NCBI GenBank assembly: GCA_018813975.1 | Contig: JAHJAQ010000117.1 | Location: 1-35,875, forward strand | From: Candidatus Micrarchaeota archaeon | Lineage (GTDB): Archaea > Iainarchaeota > Iainarchaeia > Iainarchaeales > JAGVWC01 | Length of the DNA: 35,875 nt | Reading direction: 5' to 3' | Shown: positions 16,100 to 25,365 of the stretch, piece by piece | How the letters are laid out: the number at the start of each line of letters is the position of its first letter | How positions within the stretch are numbered: the stretch's first letter is position 1 | The notes under the pieces: model-generated | Seen by the model: only the letters and a program-made list of their open reading frames with translations | Databases searched by the model: none | Told to the model about the DNA's origin: nothing | Program-made: the position numbers and the translations under genes

Positions 16100-16855
16100 T
16101 TACGTTTTAAAGGAAAACATTTTTGTTAGGTCATATTTTGGGTTAATGTGGATAATGCCCTTGGGCAACCTATTCTCTAGTTTGTGAAGCAAGGTATTAA
16201 TCGCCAAATAACTTCCACTGATTCCCAATGCAAACAAGCACCTTTCAAGGGCCACAATTGGAATTAGCAAGAGCCATAACTCTGGCGTACTGGGAAGCGC
16301 ATACAACCAAATCACGCTTCCAACCGAATGGGCCATAAAGGTAGCGCCCAGGCTCTTGAAAAACAAGCGATTTGGGGCGAATACTCGAACTCCAATAGGA
16401 ATCAGCCAATACAAGGCATACATCCATGCCTGGCTTCCTACTGGATGAAGCATAAAAAGCGCCATCGCAAAGACTGGCACTATAATGCTCCAGTCTTTTC
16501 GCTTGGAAACCCCAAAATAATAGGCCGCTACTAGCATTGGGGCCAATCGTGCTAGATTAATGAGACTCACTTCTTTTCCAACCATCAAAAAATTGGCGAT
16601 TTCAGCCAATAATACCGAGCCGGCCCCCACAATAGGGCCTAGGATGCTTCCCGCAATGGGTCCAAAAAACTGGAATAACGTGAAAAACTGGTTATTCGCA
16701 CCTAACACCTGAGAAAAGTTGATTTGCGATCCAATCAAGACTAGGCAACTGAATAAGAGCACAAAAAACAATTTGATTCTGAGCGATGTCATAAATGGCC
16801 TCTTTTTTGGAATAATATCCCAAACAATTTTTAAGGTTTGATTCGAAAGAAACAA
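16100..16855 (-). CDS. Polytopic membrane protein of unknown function (about 6 TM helices)
   Basis: Hydrophobic segments throughout. Alternative ATG at 16792 (MTSLRIKLFF...); 16855 is a TTG. It sits between FolC and ACT/SHMT. The transporter role is inference only. Confidence 0.45.
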   Translation of the reverse strand: MFLSNQTLKIVWDIIPKKRPFMTSLRIKLFFVLLFSCLVLIGSQINFSQVLGANNQFFTLFQFFGPIAGSILGPIVGAGSVLLAEIANFLMVGKEVSLINLARLAPMLVAAYYFGVSKRKDWSIIVPVFAMALFMLHPVGSQAWMYALYWLIPIGVRVFAPNRLFFKSLGATFMAHSVGSVIWLYALPSTPELWLLLIPIVALERCLFALGISGSYLAINTLLHKLENRLPKGIIHINPKYDLTKMFSFKT

Positions 16856-16858
16856 ATT

Positions 16859-18160
16859 CTATTTTTTTTGTAGGTCCTTCTTTTTGAGAAATGGTATGGC
16901 TTCTCGAACCACAAAAATACTGCCACAAATCAGAATGGTTTCTTGGGGGCTTGCTTTTTGAATGGTTTTTTTAACCGCGGCATTCACATCAGCGATACTG
17001 GATATTTTAAAACTGGGAAACAATTTTTTGGCAATACTATTTAGTTCTTCTACCAGTGTTCCTCTTTGTGTGGATTGGCATAACACTAGCTTGTTAACAA
17101 ATGGCGCGAGTGCTTGGAGCATAGCAAAACTGTTTTTATCCGTTGCACTCCCAAAAACCAAGGTTATTTTTTGGTTGTGTAATGCGCTTTCCAGGGTTTC
17201 TGCTAGTGCTTTACACCCGCTTGGATTATGACACACATCCACTATTACCACTGGTTTGTTGCCCAAAATCTGAAAGCGTCCTGGCCAAGTTGTTTTTTTG
17301 AGTGCTTTTGAAATGCTTGCTTTGGTTAAGCGGATTTTGTTTTGTTTTTTGAGTACTTGTAGGGTGGCAAGAGCAAGGCCAGCATTGGTTGCTTGGTGCC
17401 TTCCCCTTAATCCCAATTCCATTCCACCCAACTCCAATCCAAGTCCTTTAAAGTTCATACTGGTTTTTTTCAAGGAAACTACTGGTGTTTCAACACTAAA
17501 ATCTTTTTCCAAACAATAAAAAGGCGCTTTTTTTCCATTCGCAATATCTTGAAATATTTTATTCAGTTCTGAATTGGTTTCCGTACAAATAATCGGGGCT
17601 TGTTCTTTGATAATGCCTGCTTTTTCCAAAGCAATTTCACGCAAGGAATTTCCCAACCATTCTTGGTGTTCCAATCCAATATTGGTAATAGCACTTGCAA
17701 TCGGGGAAACAATATTAGTAGCATCTAATCTTCCCCCCAATCCAACCTCTACAATAGCGATATCTACTTTTTGTTGGCAAAACCAGTTTAATGCCAAAGC
17801 AGTCAAAAACTCAAAATGCATTACTTCCAGTGCTTCTTGTTCAATCCTTTCTTTTAATGTTGCTACTTGTTTGGCAAATGCTTGATTGCTAATCGGCTTG
17901 TTATTTACTAAAATTCGCTCATTATACCGCGTCAAATGGGGGCTGGTATACAATCCCACGTTATACTGGTTTTTCAAGAGCAACTGGTTCAAAAAAGCAG
18001 TTGTGCTTCCTTTTCCATTAGTGCCGCCCACTAAAATAGAGTTAACCTGTTGGTGTGGGTTTCCCAGGGCGCGCATAATCGCCTGCATGCGCTCTAAGCC
18101 CAGTTTAATTCCCTTGTTTTCTAAGGAGTCCAAAAACTGTACGGCTTGTGGGTACTGCAT
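16859..18160 (-). CDS. folC: Folylpolyglutamate synthase / dihydrofolate synthase (Mur ligase family)
   Basis: P-loop VGGTNGKGSTTAF, SPHL, VEVGLGGRLDATN, and HNPSG in the C-terminal domain. Confidence 0.8.
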   Translation of the reverse strand: MQYPQAVQFLDSLENKGIKLGLERMQAIMRALGNPHQQVNSILVGGTNGKGSTTAFLNQLLLKNQYNVGLYTSPHLTRYNERILVNNKPISNQAFAKQVATLKERIEQEALEVMHFEFLTALALNWFCQQKVDIAIVEVGLGGRLDATNIVSPIASAITNIGLEHQEWLGNSLREIALEKAGIIKEQAPIICTETNSELNKIFQDIANGKKAPFYCLEKDFSVETPVVSLKKTSMNFKGLGLELGGMELGLRGRHQATNAGLALATLQVLKKQNKIRLTKASISKALKKTTWPGRFQILGNKPVVIVDVCHNPSGCKALAETLESALHNQKITLVFGSATDKNSFAMLQALAPFVNKLVLCQSTQRGTLVEELNSIAKKLFPSFKISSIADVNAAVKKTIQKASPQETILICGSIFVVREAIPFLKKKDLQKK

Positions 18161-18269
18161 AGTATAGGTATTCGGGGAATAGAACGCTTAAAAAACCAAA
18201 AAGGTTATGTAGACATCTTGAATTGGGTTGTGCTTTTAATGGTTTTTTTAGAAAGTTTTTTTAGATACC

Positions 18270-19949
18270 ATGGTAGAATCTTTTTCTGAATCCGAAAAAA
18301 AAATCTTGTTGCGTTTTTGTTCAAATATAGACAAGCCTATTTTTGTGCTCAAAAACCTGCCAGAAGCCGTTAAAGGCGCTTTATTTTCACGATATTCGCG
18401 TAGTGCCAAGGGCTTGCGCAGATTGTTATTGGATGAGTTTATTCAAAACCCGGATTTGGATTTTCAAGATATTGTAGAAAGAGAAATTGGCACTGGAATG
18501 GATGCCTTAGTAGCCACCAAAAAGGCCGATACCTTTTATGCGCGTGTGTTAGATGGTTTTGGAGATGATTCGGTTGGAGAGTTAGGGGGGGCGCATGTTG
18601 CCATTGAAGATGTAAGCAATATTGCCACTAAAGTATTGGAAGATGCACGATTAGGCGGTTCTCCATTAGAAAAGTCTTCGCGCTATGTTTTTTTTGATCA
18701 AAAAGAAAACGGAGAATACCGTTTTTTGCGCGAACCAACCATTATGGCTTCCGAGTTTGCAGATGATTACCTTCAAGTTAACAACTTGTTGTTTGATACC
18801 TATTCCAAGCTCGTCCAACCAGTTTCTCATTTTTTTGAAGAACACTTTCCAATTGAAAACTTTTCTTTTATAGTGGATTATACTACTAAAGAAGAACAAA
18901 AGTTTCCTACTATTTCGGATGAAACCATTCAAAAAAGAGCCCAAAATGCCTATCATGCCAGTATTCGTGCTAAAACCTGTGATGTATTGCGCTATTTACT
19001 GCCAGTTTCTACTCTTACGAACTTAGGTATTTTTGGAAACGGTCGTTTTTTTGAATACTTATTGCGCAAGTTGTATTCTAATCCTTTAAAAGAAATGAAT
19101 CAAATTGCGGACTGCATGCACACGGAACTTAATACGGTTATTCAACCTTTTGTTCGAAGGGCTAAACCCGATTCTTATCTTTCTGACTTGTACCAAGAAT
19201 CAAGAAATCACATTCAAAAAATCGTGCCACCAGAAAAAACCCCTTCCAATAGTGTTTCGCTCGTGCATTTTGATCCAAATGCAGAAGAAAAAGTATTGAC
19301 TCATGCATTGTTTGAGCACTCGCGTCTTTCCTTGGAACAATGCCAAAAAATGGTTTCTACTCTTTCTTCTGAAGAAAAAGCAGTATTACTAAAAACCATT
19401 GTGGGAAAGCGCAGGACTAGAAGGGATAAGCCTTCTCGTGCATTTGAAAATGCGTTTTACACGTTTAGCTTGTTAGGAGATTATGGCATGTACCGCGACT
19501 TGCAGCGCCATCGGGTACTAACCCAACAACGCCAAGAAATAACAGTTGCTCATGGTTTTGAAACCCCTGCAGAATTGATTACCGCTGGTTTTGAAAAGGA
19601 TTTTGTAGACGCCCTTAAAAGTGCGGAAGACTTGTATAATCGCATGTATCCCAAACTGTCGCTGGAAGCACAGTATGTTGTTCCCTTTGCCTATCGCATT
19701 CAATGGTATATTACCATGAATTTGCGCGAAGCCTTTCATTTCATGGAATTGCGTTCTAGCAAACAAGGCCACCCATCCTATCGTAGAATGACTCAGCAAA
19801 TGTATCATGAAATTGAAAAAGTGCACCCCACTTTAGCCAAATTATTGCAATTCGTTGATTTGAATTCCTATGATTTGGCCCGAATTGACGCGGAAATGCG
19901 TTCACAACACAAAAAGGGCGATCGTGAAAAAGAATCCAAGGCCGCTTAA
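18270..19949 (+). CDS. thyX: Long (two-domain) ThyX-family FAD-dependent thymidylate synthase-like protein
   Basis: The C-terminal half carries YRDLQRHRVLTQQ (the RHR of the ThyX motif). The N-terminal half carries ARLGGSPLEKSSRYV, which aligns with the ...ELSGRY part of the ThyX motif. At 559 aa it is about twice a canonical ThyX. Confidence 0.55.
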   Translation: MVESFSESEKKILLRFCSNIDKPIFVLKNLPEAVKGALFSRYSRSAKGLRRLLLDEFIQNPDLDFQDIVEREIGTGMDALVATKKADTFYARVLDGFGDDSVGELGGAHVAIEDVSNIATKVLEDARLGGSPLEKSSRYVFFDQKENGEYRFLREPTIMASEFADDYLQVNNLLFDTYSKLVQPVSHFFEEHFPIENFSFIVDYTTKEEQKFPTISDETIQKRAQNAYHASIRAKTCDVLRYLLPVSTLTNLGIFGNGRFFEYLLRKLYSNPLKEMNQIADCMHTELNTVIQPFVRRAKPDSYLSDLYQESRNHIQKIVPPEKTPSNSVSLVHFDPNAEEKVLTHALFEHSRLSLEQCQKMVSTLSSEEKAVLLKTIVGKRRTRRDKPSRAFENAFYTFSLLGDYGMYRDLQRHRVLTQQRQEITVAHGFETPAELITAGFEKDFVDALKSAEDLYNRMYPKLSLEAQYVVPFAYRIQWYITMNLREAFHFMELRSSKQGHPSYRRMTQQMYHEIEKVHPTLAKLLQFVDLNSYDLARIDAEMRSQHKKGDREKESKAA

Positions 19950-21040
19950 TGAGGAATGTGCCTTCGATAAATGTGCTTGTGTTTAAAGGATTCGTTTGCA
20001 AGGCTTTTTTGAGGACAATGCAATCCATTTATTTCTCTTTTTCCGGTTCTTTTTCTGAATCCTTACTCCAAGAACTTGCCGAGTACATTAAAAAATCGCT
20101 ACAATCCTTTGAATTTAACTCTTTTTTAGTGGGGTGTTCTTTTCCCTATTCATTATCCGAGGATGAAAAAAGTCTTTTAAAAAAAGAGTTCCACTTTGCA
20201 CTCGTAAAAAAACTGGAAAGTGTTTTAGAGAAAAAACCCGATTTTTCCAATCCCCACATCTCAATTACCATTGATTTTAATGCGCGCAAAATTAATTGGG
20301 AGATTCGCTCGGTTTTTATTGAAGGAAACTATAATAAGTTTTCAAGAAAAATCGCACAAACTATTTTTTTTTGTCCGAAGTGCAAAGGAAATGGGTGTGC
20401 TTATTGTCGCCAAAAAGGAAAACTTGGTTTGGAAAGTGTGGAAGAACTAATTGGAAAACCGGCCCAAAAATTGTTTCAAGCCAGTTCTTTTTTGTTTCAT
20501 GGTTCGGGGCGAGAAGATGTGGATGTGTGCATGCTGGGAAATGGGAGGGGTTTTGTTTTAGAATTACTGGGGCCTAAAAAACGTTTGGCGGATTTAAAAA
20601 AACTAGAAATCGAAATTAATAAAACCGCTAAAAAAAAGATTTCGGTTCATTCTTTAGTTTTTTCAAACAAAAAAAGAGTAATTGAATTAAAAGAAAAGCG
20701 TTCTTTCAAAAAATATCATTGTATTATAGACTGTTCAAAACCAATTTTAGAAACCAAACTAAAAGAACTCGTGGGAAAAGAATGGGTGGTGCTACAACAA
20801 ACACCACTGCGCGTAATTAAACGAAGAAGCGATTTAGAAAGAAAACGAACCGTAAAAATTGTGTCCATTCAAAAAAAATCTAAAAAACAATTTGAAGTAA
20901 CTGTACTGGCTGAAGCGGGTCTTTACATCAAAGAGTTTGTGAATGGTGATTCCAATCGCACGAAACCAAATTTTTCTTCTCTACTGGAAAACGATTGTTC
21001 GTGCACTCAATTGGATGTAATAGAAATTTTAGATCCTTAA
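19949..21040 (+). CDS. pus10: tRNA pseudouridine synthase Pus10
   Basis: Zinc ribbon CPKCKGNGCAYCRQKG and catalytic-Asp motif GSGREDVDVCMLGNGRGFVLEL. The ATG shares its A with the ThyX stop (TAATG). The alternative ATG giving MQSIYF... is at 20018. Confidence 0.75.
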   Translation: MRNVPSINVLVFKGFVCKAFLRTMQSIYFSFSGSFSESLLQELAEYIKKSLQSFEFNSFLVGCSFPYSLSEDEKSLLKKEFHFALVKKLESVLEKKPDFSNPHISITIDFNARKINWEIRSVFIEGNYNKFSRKIAQTIFFCPKCKGNGCAYCRQKGKLGLESVEELIGKPAQKLFQASSFLFHGSGREDVDVCMLGNGRGFVLELLGPKKRLADLKKLEIEINKTAKKKISVHSLVFSNKKRVIELKEKRSFKKYHCIIDCSKPILETKLKELVGKEWVVLQQTPLRVIKRRSDLERKRTVKIVSIQKKSKKQFEVTVLAEAGLYIKEFVNGDSNRTKPNFSSLLENDCSCTQLDVIEILDP

Positions 21041-22119
21041 ATTTCTCTTTCAATCAGATAATCTGCAAAAGATTTCAAGGTTTTCTTGGCTTGACTTTCT
21101 TCTAGTCTAGTATCAAGCTGTTGCCATGCATTTTTAACGAGGGTCCGGGCTTTTTCTTTGGCATATTCAATGGAATTATTTTTTTTCAAGATTAAAATAG
21201 CTTCTACTATTGTGGCTTGGTCTTCCGGATGGCTGTTTAGAATCTCCAATAGTCTTTTTTTGTCTGGTTGGCTTTCTTGGTGCAAGGAATGAATCACCAT
21301 TAGGGTTCTTTTGCCTTCGTGAATATCTTCTCCAATTCCTTTTCCTTGTTGGAACTTTTCTCCCGTTAGGTTTAGGATATCATCTTGGATTTGAAAAGCA
21401 ATGCCAATGGTTTCTGCAAACTTTCCCAGTGCTTCGAGTTGTTCTTGGGTGGCATCTCCCAGTACGGCGCCAATTTTGGCAGCCAGTCTTGCGAGAGTTC
21501 CGGTTTTGTAGGCACACATTTGCAAGTATTCTTTTTCTGTTACATCATATTTTTGGCCGCGATGCCAGTAGATGTCCATGGCCTGGCCGGCATGGCACTT
21601 TAACACTTCTTGTGAAACCAAATTATTTAGTTTTAATAACTTTTTTTCTTCTAAGCCATAATAATTGTTGTACAAGAGGGGAGTGGCGAGAAAGCACATG
21701 GCACTTCCCAGGTTTACTGCAATATCGATTCCAAAAATCTTGTGAATGCATGGCTTTCCCCTTCTAACTTCTGAGGAATCCTCTATGTCATCTGACACTA
21801 GTGTTCCATTATGAATAATTTCCACTAATGGCGTGAACTTGAGAGCAAGTTCTTTTTTGCCTCCTAATGCTTCACAAGACAGAATAAGTAAGCCTGGTCT
21901 CCATCTTTTACCCCCTCGATCCAATAAATCCCAAATAGGTTTGGAAAGAGCATTGGAAAGAGATTCCGGGTCATACACAAAATCGGCTTTTCCCAGGGTT
22001 TTTTCCAGCCATTCAGGAGAAAGAATTCGAGGCACGATTTTTTCGATTTCCCGATCCACCAATGGAAGGATTTCTCTCAAATAGGCTTCAATCGGTTGTT
22101 TGTTGGTTTCTTTGGGCAT
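21037..22119 (-). CDS. idsA: Geranylgeranyl diphosphate synthase (trans-polyprenyl diphosphate synthase)
   Basis: First Asp-rich motif LVSDDIEDSSEVRRGKP and second Asp-rich motif FQIQDDILN. A TATA-like TTTAAAAAA at 22142..22150 lies 23-31 nt upstream of the ATG. Confidence 0.85.
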   Translation of the reverse strand: MPKETNKQPIEAYLREILPLVDREIEKIVPRILSPEWLEKTLGKADFVYDPESLSNALSKPIWDLLDRGGKRWRPGLLILSCEALGGKKELALKFTPLVEIIHNGTLVSDDIEDSSEVRRGKPCIHKIFGIDIAVNLGSAMCFLATPLLYNNYYGLEEKKLLKLNNLVSQEVLKCHAGQAMDIYWHRGQKYDVTEKEYLQMCAYKTGTLARLAAKIGAVLGDATQEQLEALGKFAETIGIAFQIQDDILNLTGEKFQQGKGIGEDIHEGKRTLMVIHSLHQESQPDKKRLLEILNSHPEDQATIVEAILILKKNNSIEYAKEKARTLVKNAWQQLDTRLEESQAKKTLKSFADYLIEREI

Positions 22120-22210
22120 ATTTTATCTTTAGTCCCAATCATTTAAAAAACGCTTTTTTTCCGGTTTTTGAAAGGACATATCCCCTAGATTTTTATACTG
22201 CTATTGTCTT

Positions 22211-22456
22211 TTGTATGCTGTTATGAAAGGAAATGGAAAGTTTGCTGCCCTGGTTCGAGCGTACTTTTTTTTAACAACTGCGGCTTTTTTGATTGCGATT
22301 ACGTGTTTTTCATTGGTGCAAGGCCTTTTAGTGCATTTTGGGGGGGCTATGACAGATGCTTTTATATTTTATTTTTTGGGCTGGGTTACCTTAGGAGCGG
22401 GTTTGCTTCTTTTTGCGCATGGTAGAAGCAAGTTGCGTGTTATTTCTATTTCCTAG
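22211..22456 (+). CDS. Hypothetical small membrane protein (2 predicted TM helices)
   Basis: ORF only; two hydrophobic stretches; no recognisable motif. Its stop overlaps the stop of the convergent RecJ-like gene. Confidence 0.3.
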   Translation: MYAVMKGNGKFAALVRAYFFLTTAAFLIAITCFSLVQGLLVHFGGAMTDAFIFYFLGWVTLGAGLLLFAHGRSKLRVISIS

Positions 22457-25257
22457 TGTTCCTGGAATTGGCTTTCAATTTTGTGTTCTAACAACTCTAA
22501 AAACAATTCTTGGTTTTGGGCTTCAATCTTGGCACCGGCTGCAATGCGATGTCCGCCACCAACGTTTTCTTTTCCTTTTAATTCCGCACAGATTTCTTTG
22601 AATGCGTTTCCAAGGTTTAATCCTTTTCGAATGAGTTCTTGGGTGGCCCGTCCACTCACTTTTATTTGACCTTCCGGATAGCGTGCCAATGCAATAATGG
22701 GTTTTTGAAATCCAATAGTGCCGCTTCCATACAACATGCCCGCTACAATTCCCACAATGGAATCACTGATATTGGTTTCAGCGTCAAAAAAATAGTATTG
22801 TTTTTTTTCCTGAATGCCTTGTTCTTGTAAAAATTGAATTCCTTCTCGCAATTGTTTTCGGTGTTGTGCCAGCAAGGACAATGCTTGAGCATACGCTTCT
22901 TCTCGGTCTCCCAAACAAATCTGCAAACCAATTTCTGCCCTATTATGTCTTCCAGTAGAATTTAATAGCGTGGCAAATTCTTTGACATCATATAAAGGAG
23001 ACCGGTTGTTTTCATGCGGTAAGGAATACACTTCTCCAATGAGTTTTTGGATTTTCCATTCTGGAACCCGGTGTTCATACAAGTGCACTATTAAAGCAGA
23101 GCTCAACACTTTTTTTTGATTTGGTGATAGCATTTCATAGGAAACCCATTTGTCACTTTCTCTTAAATCAATTTTCAGTTCTTGTAAGAATTGTATACAA
23201 TTTTTTTCATGGGCCGTTAATTCGGGTAATATCGGGTTAGAAGCAAACAATAAGAATTGAGTGAGAGGCCTGGAAATCCTGCCATACAATCGCAAGTCAA
23301 TTCTTTTTTCAAGAACCTTTGCGTTAATCCCGATTTTTGCAATTTTTTGGTTCAATCCAGTTAGAGAACCGTGCTCATCCTGCATATCCCCCACCGCCCC
23401 CACAATCGCCAGTGCAGCAAGATCCATGTTTTTGGGATCTACGGTTTGAGAAAACAAAAAAGCCATTCCACTCGCGGAAACTTCTTGGCCGCCATCAAAT
23501 CCATACAATAATGGATTACAATGAAAGGCATGTTTTATGAGTTGGGATTGGTGGTGGTCTAAAACAAAAAAATTGTCTCCAAGAGTTTTTTGTAAAAAAT
23601 CCAATTGCCCAGAGCCAAAATCCAAGAAAAAATAGTTTTTTCCCATTTCTTGTATTTCCGGAATGGTTTCCGAATACAATTGTTTGAGTACTTTTGTTTG
23701 AAATCTTTTGTTCAATCGTTGCAGGGTTTTGGCAAGAATAGCGCCTGCCGTAATTCCATCCGAGTTTTTTAGGACTATATTATTGCAGATAAAATTTCCT
23801 TCCTCAGTTTCAATATCATAGACTGTTGTTTCCGTTCCATTGGATACCGTTCTACATTCCTTTTTTGGTTCAAATTCGAGATCTTGTTCAAAAAGAGTGG
23901 AAAAGCGTTGTTCTAGTGAGGAATCATTACACTCGGAAACAATTCGTTGCAACATTGGCCGAGTAATTTTTTCCGCTTTTTTTCTTCGTAACAATTCATC
24001 CCAGAATTGCTTTTTTCCAGTTTTTTCATACAATAGTTGCAGGGTTTTTTTTCCAATCGGAACAATTGATGTTGGATGCTCAACAGCAGCAAACTTAATT
24101 TTTTCTCTTTTGTATTCTTGCAAAAATCCAATCTGGTTGTAAAATATTCTTTTGTAGGGAGTAGCGTTTATACTTATCTTATATCCGTCGTTTCCATTTT
24201 TGGAATCCATTCGAACACAACTTCGAATGCCAAAAAAAAGCAACAAAGTTTGAATATCCCTACAAAGCCCTTCCGAAAAAGTAGTTGCATTAATATCTCC
24301 CTTACTGACGGTACCGTCTCCAGAAAAATAACCGCTCAAAAGGGCTGCGATTAATTTGGGATGCATTCCAAAGACCCATGGGGGTATGCGCTTGGTGTAA
24401 CTTTTTCCCTCAAAACCAAGATGCCTCATGGTTTGATATAATGTCTTTGACTGTACAATTGCTGTAATTCCACTATCCACTATGGTGGCCCCTTTGGAAC
24501 CAAAACGCTTGAAAACCGATTTAATGATATTAGCGCATTCATGGTCTCCATAAGCCGAAACATGAATTCCCGTTCCTCCTTTGGTGTTATGATAGCAACC
24601 ATCGGCTACCCATAATCCAAAAAAAGTCATTAGTTCTTCATCAACTTGCATGTTTTTTTCAATAATTGATCTTCCACAAAGCACAAAAGTACCGTTTCTG
24701 TTTTGGACTAGTTTTGAAAAAAGCCTGTTGGATTCTAGGTCAATAATTTTTTCTTTGTTAAATGGTGGAAAAAAGCGGGGCGTACAAACCCAATTAATGG
24801 TTTCTGGTTTTTGTGCTTCTAATCGTTCATTTTCAAGCCCTATAATAGAATGGTCTTCCGTAACTTTTATACTTCCAATCCGTGTTTTTACTTCTAAAAT
24901 CTTTTTGGTGGTGGTATTTTTCAACAACGCTTTAACTTTACTCAACTTTATTTTTCCTTGTGGTGTTATTGAAAAGACACGAATATTTTTTGGAAGCACA
25001 ACTACTTTTCCATCTGTTCGAAGCGAGACTCCACACTCTTTAGCTAATCGGGTGAATAGTTCTTCAATTGTCTGTCGTTTTGCACCATCGGGCCATTCTA
25101 CAATAAGTTCTGCATCGCCCAAAACACTGTCATAATTCGTAACAATCACCCACTCATCGCGTTCTTTGAAAGCCATTGCCATTTTCACTAGTTTTTCATG
25201 GAGTCCTGTCCAATCCCCTTTTTTTGGTGGAATTTGTGTTGAGTGCGTCTGATGCAT
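22453..25257 (-). CDS. DHH/DHHA1 phosphoesterase, archaeal RecJ/GAN (Cdc45-like) nuclease, interrupted by an intein
   Basis: Extein motifs: I VIVTNYD|...|SDGITAGAIL; II FFLDFGSG; III FFVLDHHQS; IV VGAVGDMQD; DHHA1 GGGHRIAAGA. Residues 44-498 are an intein (see next feature). Confidence 0.8.
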   Translation of the reverse strand: MHQTHSTQIPPKKGDWTGLHEKLVKMAMAFKERDEWVIVTNYDSVLGDAELIVEWPDGAKRQTIEELFTRLAKECGVSLRTDGKVVVLPKNIRVFSITPQGKIKLSKVKALLKNTTTKKILEVKTRIGSIKVTEDHSIIGLENERLEAQKPETINWVCTPRFFPPFNKEKIIDLESNRLFSKLVQNRNGTFVLCGRSIIEKNMQVDEELMTFFGLWVADGCYHNTKGGTGIHVSAYGDHECANIIKSVFKRFGSKGATIVDSGITAIVQSKTLYQTMRHLGFEGKSYTKRIPPWVFGMHPKLIAALLSGYFSGDGTVSKGDINATTFSEGLCRDIQTLLLFFGIRSCVRMDSKNGNDGYKISINATPYKRIFYNQIGFLQEYKREKIKFAAVEHPTSIVPIGKKTLQLLYEKTGKKQFWDELLRRKKAEKITRPMLQRIVSECNDSSLEQRFSTLFEQDLEFEPKKECRTVSNGTETTVYDIETEEGNFICNNIVLKNSDGITAGAILAKTLQRLNKRFQTKVLKQLYSETIPEIQEMGKNYFFLDFGSGQLDFLQKTLGDNFFVLDHHQSQLIKHAFHCNPLLYGFDGGQEVSASGMAFLFSQTVDPKNMDLAALAIVGAVGDMQDEHGSLTGLNQKIAKIGINAKVLEKRIDLRLYGRISRPLTQFLLFASNPILPELTAHEKNCIQFLQELKIDLRESDKWVSYEMLSPNQKKVLSSALIVHLYEHRVPEWKIQKLIGEVYSLPHENNRSPLYDVKEFATLLNSTGRHNRAEIGLQICLGDREEAYAQALSLLAQHRKQLREGIQFLQEQGIQEKKQYYFFDAETNISDSIVGIVAGMLYGSGTIGFQKPIIALARYPEGQIKVSGRATQELIRKGLNLGNAFKEICAELKGKENVGGGHRIAAGAKIEAQNQELFLELLEHKIESQFQEH
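23764..25128 (-). mobile_element. Full-length intein (455 aa) with LAGLIDADG homing-endonuclease domain, inserted in DHH motif I
   Basis: Block A SVLGDAELIV (Ser1); block B KVTEDHSII (TxxH); LAGLIDADG motifs FFGLWVADGCY and LLSGYFSGDGTV; blocks F/G VYDIETEEGNFICNNIVLKN followed by +1 Ser (SDG). Removing it joins NYD to SDG, restoring a DxD motif. Confidence 0.75.
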
Positions 25258-25365
25258 ATACTATTACTTTTGGGAACAGGTGTTTTTAATCGCTATTCCG
25301 GTGAATTACCACTGAATGCTGCAAGTCGGCCTTTTTTAAGCCCTTTTCCACCTTTTAGTAAGTAT

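Noticed and set aside
25243-25365. A 41-codon N-terminal extension of the coiled-coil ORF.
   Set aside because: It would overlap the divergent RecJ-like start codon and cover the shared promoter region. ATG 25366 has a TATA-like box at the leaderless distance.
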